Assembly (NCBI GenBank): GCA_963771075.1
Contig: CAVYSE010000011.1
Location: 192,001-256,000, forward strand
DNA length: 64,000 nucleotides
Reading direction: 5' to 3'
DNA from: a candidate division FCPU426 bacterium
GTDB taxonomy: Bacteria; Oederibacteriota; Muellerivitia; Muellerivitales; Muellerivitaceae
Shown here: positions 59,880-64,000 of the stretch, piece after piece
Layout: every line of letters starts with the position of its first letter
How positions within the stretch are numbered: position 1 is the first letter of the stretch
The notes under the pieces: model-generated
What the model was told of the DNA's origin: nothing
Seen by the model: the letters and a program-made list of their open reading frames with translations, nothing else
Database searches by the model: none
Position numbers and translations under genes: made by a program

Positions 59880-62800
59880 ATGTTTGTTTTGGAAAAATTT
59901 TTTACCCACTTGATTGGAGTTGTTGTTTTTTTAATAGCCCTTTCCGTTCAGGCCAATGTTCCGGGTGGCGGCACGGGTACTGGCGGCAATGTCACCGTCA
60001 CGACCAACGGCACGAACGTGACACTGGCCAACGGCATCGTCTCCTTCACCATCAATACGACCAACGGAAACGTCACAAATTTTACCTATAACGGGACGAA
60101 CCTTTTGACGGGGGGAAATGGCGGCGGCTACTTTTACTTCGATGGGTCCGGCGGGCCCACATTGGCAAACCCCACCTACACCTTGACCGTGAATCCCGCT
60201 AATAACGGCGGTAACCAGGCGGAAGTATTTCTCCAGACGATCGCCAGCCCCATGGACATGGGAGTTTATTACGATCTGCTGCGGGGACAGCAGGGAATTT
60301 ACAATACGCTGGTTCTCACACACGAGGCCAGCTACGTCGACTATCCCGGTGCGGAGCTACGCTCAAATGTCTATGTAGGTTCCGCCTTCGATTGGATCGT
60401 CATAGATCCCTATCGTTTCCGGCAAATGGCCTCGCCCTCGGACACTTACATTGCCACTCCCGGCGCTCCCGCGGAAGTGTTTGATTTTACCAGTGGCATT
60501 TACAGCGGCACGACAGGCTGCAAATATTCCTACAGCGACCCGCTGGGGGAGCTCAATACATGGGGTTGGGCTTCCACGACTTCCCAAAACGGAATTTGGC
60601 AGGTCGTCCCCAGCCACGAGTATTACGATGGAGGGCCTCTGCACCGGGAGCTCACCGCCCACCTTGGGAATACCCTGTTGAATATGTTCGGCGGCGGGCA
60701 CTACGGTTTTGGCCTGACCCAAGACCAGCCCGCGGGCACATTCTCGTCCAAGACATTCGGGCCGGCTTTCATTTACGCCAACACCTATACCGGTTCCGCC
60801 AGCGATCCCGTTTCCCTCAAAGCCCGTACCCTTTGGGCCGACTCCCAAGCCCAAGCCGTCGCCGAGCAGGGCGCCTGGCCCTACACTTGGTTCAATCCCC
60901 AGCCCTTACCGGGAAGCGGCGGTTCGGCCTACCCGCAAGCTTCCGGCCGAGGCACGGTGAGCGGCACCCTGACAATCAACGACCCCTACAATTCGGGTGC
61001 CTCGCCGGTCAGCCTGTGGGTGGGGATGGCCCCCGTTGATGGAGGGGTGGACTTTCAACAGCAATACTTGACTTACCAGTTCTGGGTTAGGACCGGCGCC
61101 GGAGGGACCTTTACCATTCCCAACGTGGTTCCTGGAACCTATAACTTGTGGGCTTTCGGTCCAGGTGGGGTCGGCACATATGAAGACGCGAACCTGACCG
61201 TAAACGCGGGTCAGTCCTTGAACCTAGGAACTTTGACTTGGGCGCCCCTGCGCCTGGGCCCCACAGTGTGGGAGATCGGAACCCCTGACAGGGATTCCAA
61301 CGAATTCAACAATGGGGACCATGACGTGGCACCCTATAGCAGCGTCCTGCCTCCCTACGCCGGAGGTGCCCCCTATAACACCCCCGCGGACTGGGCCGCT
61401 TTCCTGGACTATGCGACCCAATATCCCAACGGGGTCAGCTATGTCGTAGGCACCAGTCATTACTCTACGGATTGGAATTATTGCCAGCCGACTACCCTCG
61501 ACGCCGCGACCACCACCTATGGGGGCACGACTTCCAAGATCTATTTCAATTTGGCGACAGCGCCCACAGCGGCCCAGAACGCCCGCCTTTACATCGCTTT
61601 TGCGTCCGTTTTTGACGCGGCTTGCATCCTTACGATCAATGGGACCGTCCAAACCGCATCGGTCATGGGCTCCACGGATGGTACTTATGCCACGATCACC
61701 AACGCGACCACCGGTTTTTACCCTCCCAACGTGAGTTTCGACTCCATCGTGCGCCTGGGTACCCAAGGTTCCTGGGGGGACGCCTACCTGGATTTCGCGG
61801 GCAACAAGCTGAAGGCGGGGACAAATGAGATCGACATTGGTATGAGGGCGACCGGCGGCGCCGGAAACGGAAACGGATTCGAGTACGACTATGTGCGGCT
61901 TGAACTGACCGGATATGCAACATCTACTCCCACGCCTTCGGGTGCAAATACCGCCACCTACACCACTACCCCAACCAAGACGGGTACGCCGACGGCGACC
62001 AACACCAGCACTGCGACCCGAACGTGGACGACCACCTATACAACCACTAGAACCCCGACCGCGACCATGACCCAAACCTACACGGCCACCTGGACTAACA
62101 CGCCAACCGCTTCCTTGACGCGCACGGCGACTGGTACCCCGACCCGAACCCTGACCTCCACCGCGACCCAGACCAATACCTCAACACCCGCTTTTACCAC
62201 TACCAATAGTCCGACAGCCACATGGACCAGCACTTCGACGGCTTCTTTCACGCGTTCGGCGACCTCAACTTGGACCTCATCGTCCACCCCCACAGCGACC
62301 GAGACCAGTTCATTTACCGCTTCTTTCACCCGTTCCGCCACACCCACCCTGACGGGGACTGACTCCCCGACCGTCACCGCGACTTTGACCTATTCTTCCA
62401 CACCGTCAAAAACATTCACGGCTTTGAATACGACGACGTCCACTTCCACCCCGAGCGTTACCCCCACTCCAACCATGACTTCCACGGCCACCCCAAGCTC
62501 CACGGCGACATCCACAAGGACCTTTGCATCAACCCCAACGGCGACTGAGACCAGTTCATTCACTGCTTCTTTCACCCGTTCCGCCACACCCACTCTGACG
62601 GGGACTTACTCCCCGACCGCCACCGCGACCTTGACCTATTCCTTCACGGCGACCAAGACTTCCACCCCCGTGAACACACCGACGATCACATCCACCCCGG
62701 TCTTGACCCCCAGCGTCACGCTCACCTATTCGATGACGTCGACATCAACCCAAACCCGCACACCGACTTGGACCCCCACGGCCACCGCTACAGGCACGGT

Positions 62801-63896
62801 AACGGGCACCTGGACTGCGACCGATACGGCCTCTTGGACCCATACCCCGGTTTCCACTCCTTCCGCCACATCCTCTTCTACCAGCTCACCCACACCCATC
62901 TTCACGACAACCCAGACCCTTATTCCCGTGAATACCGTCTCGCCAACCGTGACCTCAACCCCGTCCAGTTCTTCCACCCATACCGCCACCGCGACCCAAA
63001 CTGAAACCTCAACGCCCAATGACACGGTCACCACCACACCGACGGTTACGCTGACGATTAGCTCCTCCCCCACGAATACATCCGTTTGGAGCCCTACTCC
63101 GAGCTTTACCCATACCGGGACCGCTACGCCGACCTGGAGTTTCACCTCGTCCTCGACCCCGACGCCTAGCGCGACCTGGACCACGACTTTATCCCCGGTC
63201 TTCACACCGACGTCCACGCCGACAGGTACGATGACGACTACGGTCACCTTGACCGCTACCCCCTCTTCTTCGCTGACCCCCACCCATCCCTACACAAGCA
63301 CCCAAACCCTGACGGCTACCTCCACTCCGACGCCTAGCGTGACTTGGACCAGGACTCCCACGGTCACCTCAACCCTTTCCTGGACGTCGACGAATTCCTT
63401 TACACCCACCTTTACCTCCACCCTCACCGCGACCTCGACGCCGACTTGGACCCTGACCTATACGCCAACCGTTACCTCGACCTGGACTTCAACCCAAACG
63501 ACCACCTGGACGAATACTCCGACCTTCACCCCCACGGTTACGGTCACCGCGACGGCCGTGCCTTGGACGCCAACCGCTACCTCAACCCCGACAGGCACTT
63601 CGACTCCCGGCCAAACGCCATCGGCGGTGATCTATCCCAACCCGGCTCCAGGGCCTGGGCCTATTACGCTGCAATTAACTCTGCCCAAGCCCGAATCCCA
63701 GGTGACGATCTCGGTCTATACAACCGCCTACCGGCGGGTGAACGAGATCATCCTAAACAATGTTCAGGCGGGGACCACGGAAGTGCCCTTACCTTTGACG
63801 AGTAAATACGGCACCGCCTTGGCGAACGGCCTTTATTACGTGGTGGTCAAGTACCCCCAGGGACAAATCATCCTCAAATTATTGGTCTTGCGGTGA
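59880..63896 (+). CDS. PL4 rhamnogalacturonan lyase with ~570-aa Thr/Ser/Pro linker and C-terminal sorting domain
   Basis: KYSYS, SHEYYDGGP, HYG, KTFGP, WPYTWF, RGTVSG, YQFW, WEIGTPDR, YDYVRLE; YPNP..GLYY..KLLVLR. Confidence 0.9.
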   Translation: MFVLEKFFTHLIGVVVFLIALSVQANVPGGGTGTGGNVTVTTNGTNVTLANGIVSFTINTTNGNVTNFTYNGTNLLTGGNGGGYFYFDGSGGPTLANPTYTLTVNPANNGGNQAEVFLQTIASPMDMGVYYDLLRGQQGIYNTLVLTHEASYVDYPGAELRSNVYVGSAFDWIVIDPYRFRQMASPSDTYIATPGAPAEVFDFTSGIYSGTTGCKYSYSDPLGELNTWGWASTTSQNGIWQVVPSHEYYDGGPLHRELTAHLGNTLLNMFGGGHYGFGLTQDQPAGTFSSKTFGPAFIYANTYTGSASDPVSLKARTLWADSQAQAVAEQGAWPYTWFNPQPLPGSGGSAYPQASGRGTVSGTLTINDPYNSGASPVSLWVGMAPVDGGVDFQQQYLTYQFWVRTGAGGTFTIPNVVPGTYNLWAFGPGGVGTYEDANLTVNAGQSLNLGTLTWAPLRLGPTVWEIGTPDRDSNEFNNGDHDVAPYSSVLPPYAGGAPYNTPADWAAFLDYATQYPNGVSYVVGTSHYSTDWNYCQPTTLDAATTTYGGTTSKIYFNLATAPTAAQNARLYIAFASVFDAACILTINGTVQTASVMGSTDGTYATITNATTGFYPPNVSFDSIVRLGTQGSWGDAYLDFAGNKLKAGTNEIDIGMRATGGAGNGNGFEYDYVRLELTGYATSTPTPSGANTATYTTTPTKTGTPTATNTSTATRTWTTTYTTTRTPTATMTQTYTATWTNTPTASLTRTATGTPTRTLTSTATQTNTSTPAFTTTNSPTATWTSTSTASFTRSATSTWTSSSTPTATETSSFTASFTRSATPTLTGTDSPTVTATLTYSSTPSKTFTALNTTTSTSTPSVTPTPTMTSTATPSSTATSTRTFASTPTATETSSFTASFTRSATPTLTGTYSPTATATLTYSFTATKTSTPVNTPTITSTPVLTPSVTLTYSMTSTSTQTRTPTWTPTATATGTVTGTWTATDTASWTHTPVSTPSATSSSTSSPTPIFTTTQTLIPVNTVSPTVTSTPSSSSTHTATATQTETSTPNDTVTTTPTVTLTISSSPTNTSVWSPTPSFTHTGTATPTWSFTSSSTPTPSATWTTTLSPVFTPTSTPTGTMTTTVTLTATPSSSLTPTHPYTSTQTLTATSTPTPSVTWTRTPTVTSTLSWTSTNSFTPTFTSTLTATSTPTWTLTYTPTVTSTWTSTQTTTWTNTPTFTPTVTVTATAVPWTPTATSTPTGTSTPGQTPSAVIYPNPAPGPGPITLQLTLPKPESQVTISVYTTAYRRVNEIILNNVQAGTTEVPLPLTSKYGTALANGLYYVVVKYPQGQIILKLLVLR
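62286..62641 (+). repeat. ~110-bp internal duplication in the PL4 linker, offset 246 bp
   Basis: TPTATETSSFTASFTRSATPTLTGT(D/Y)SPT twice, with matching DNA. Confidence 0.85.
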
Positions 63897-63900
63897 AGAA

Positions 63901-64000
63901 ATGAAGCGAATGAAGCTTTCATGGGCTCGGATCGGTAATTCCGCGATCCTTGGGGTAGTTCTTCTGGCTTCCGCGGGCCTTACGCCTTCATTCGGACAAA
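63901..64000 (+). CDS. secreted protein, truncated at window end
   Basis: MKRMKLSWARIGNSAILGVVLLASAGL signal-peptide-like, 4 bp after the PL4 stop. Confidence 0.6.
   Translation, partial: MKRMKLSWARIGNSAILGVVLLASAGLTPSFGQ

Noticed and set aside
61915..63620. Repetitive DNA as a CRISPR or non-coding array
   Set aside because: In-frame coding with synonymous variation; no repeat-spacer structure or cas genes

Overview
A 64-kb chromosomal window from a diderm bacterium, moderately GC-rich. It holds (i) a sigma-54 signalling cluster (PAS kinase, receiver, 8-PAS hybrid kinase, NtrC-type activator) with two clear -24/-12 promoters; (ii) four secreted proteins (S53 peptidase, multi-catalytic glycoside hydrolase, VWA adhesin-like protein, PL4 lyase) sharing Thr/Pro-rich linkers and a T9SS-like C-terminal Ig sorting domain, one translationally coupled to a PorV-like barrel fused to FN3 domains; (iii) a nikR-NiCoT-TonB receptor nickel locus with candidate NikR operators; (iv) an AT-richer accessory segment ending at tRNA-Asn with an unknown paralog pair (one copy has an in-frame amber), an AbiEi/AbiEii system with twin operators and a phased GACAC/GTGTC array; (v) the core tRNA-Arg, tadA, tRNA-Ala, tRNA-Ser, ffs, dnaX, ybaB, recR cluster with a 148-bp tRNA-end-duplicating mini-element; (vi) metH with a +1 frameshift, an IS3 stub and a GH127/PL4 pair. 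No CRISPR array, rRNA or integrase seen. Two single-base frameshifts may be sequencing errors. All calls are by-eye motif recognition; no searches were run.
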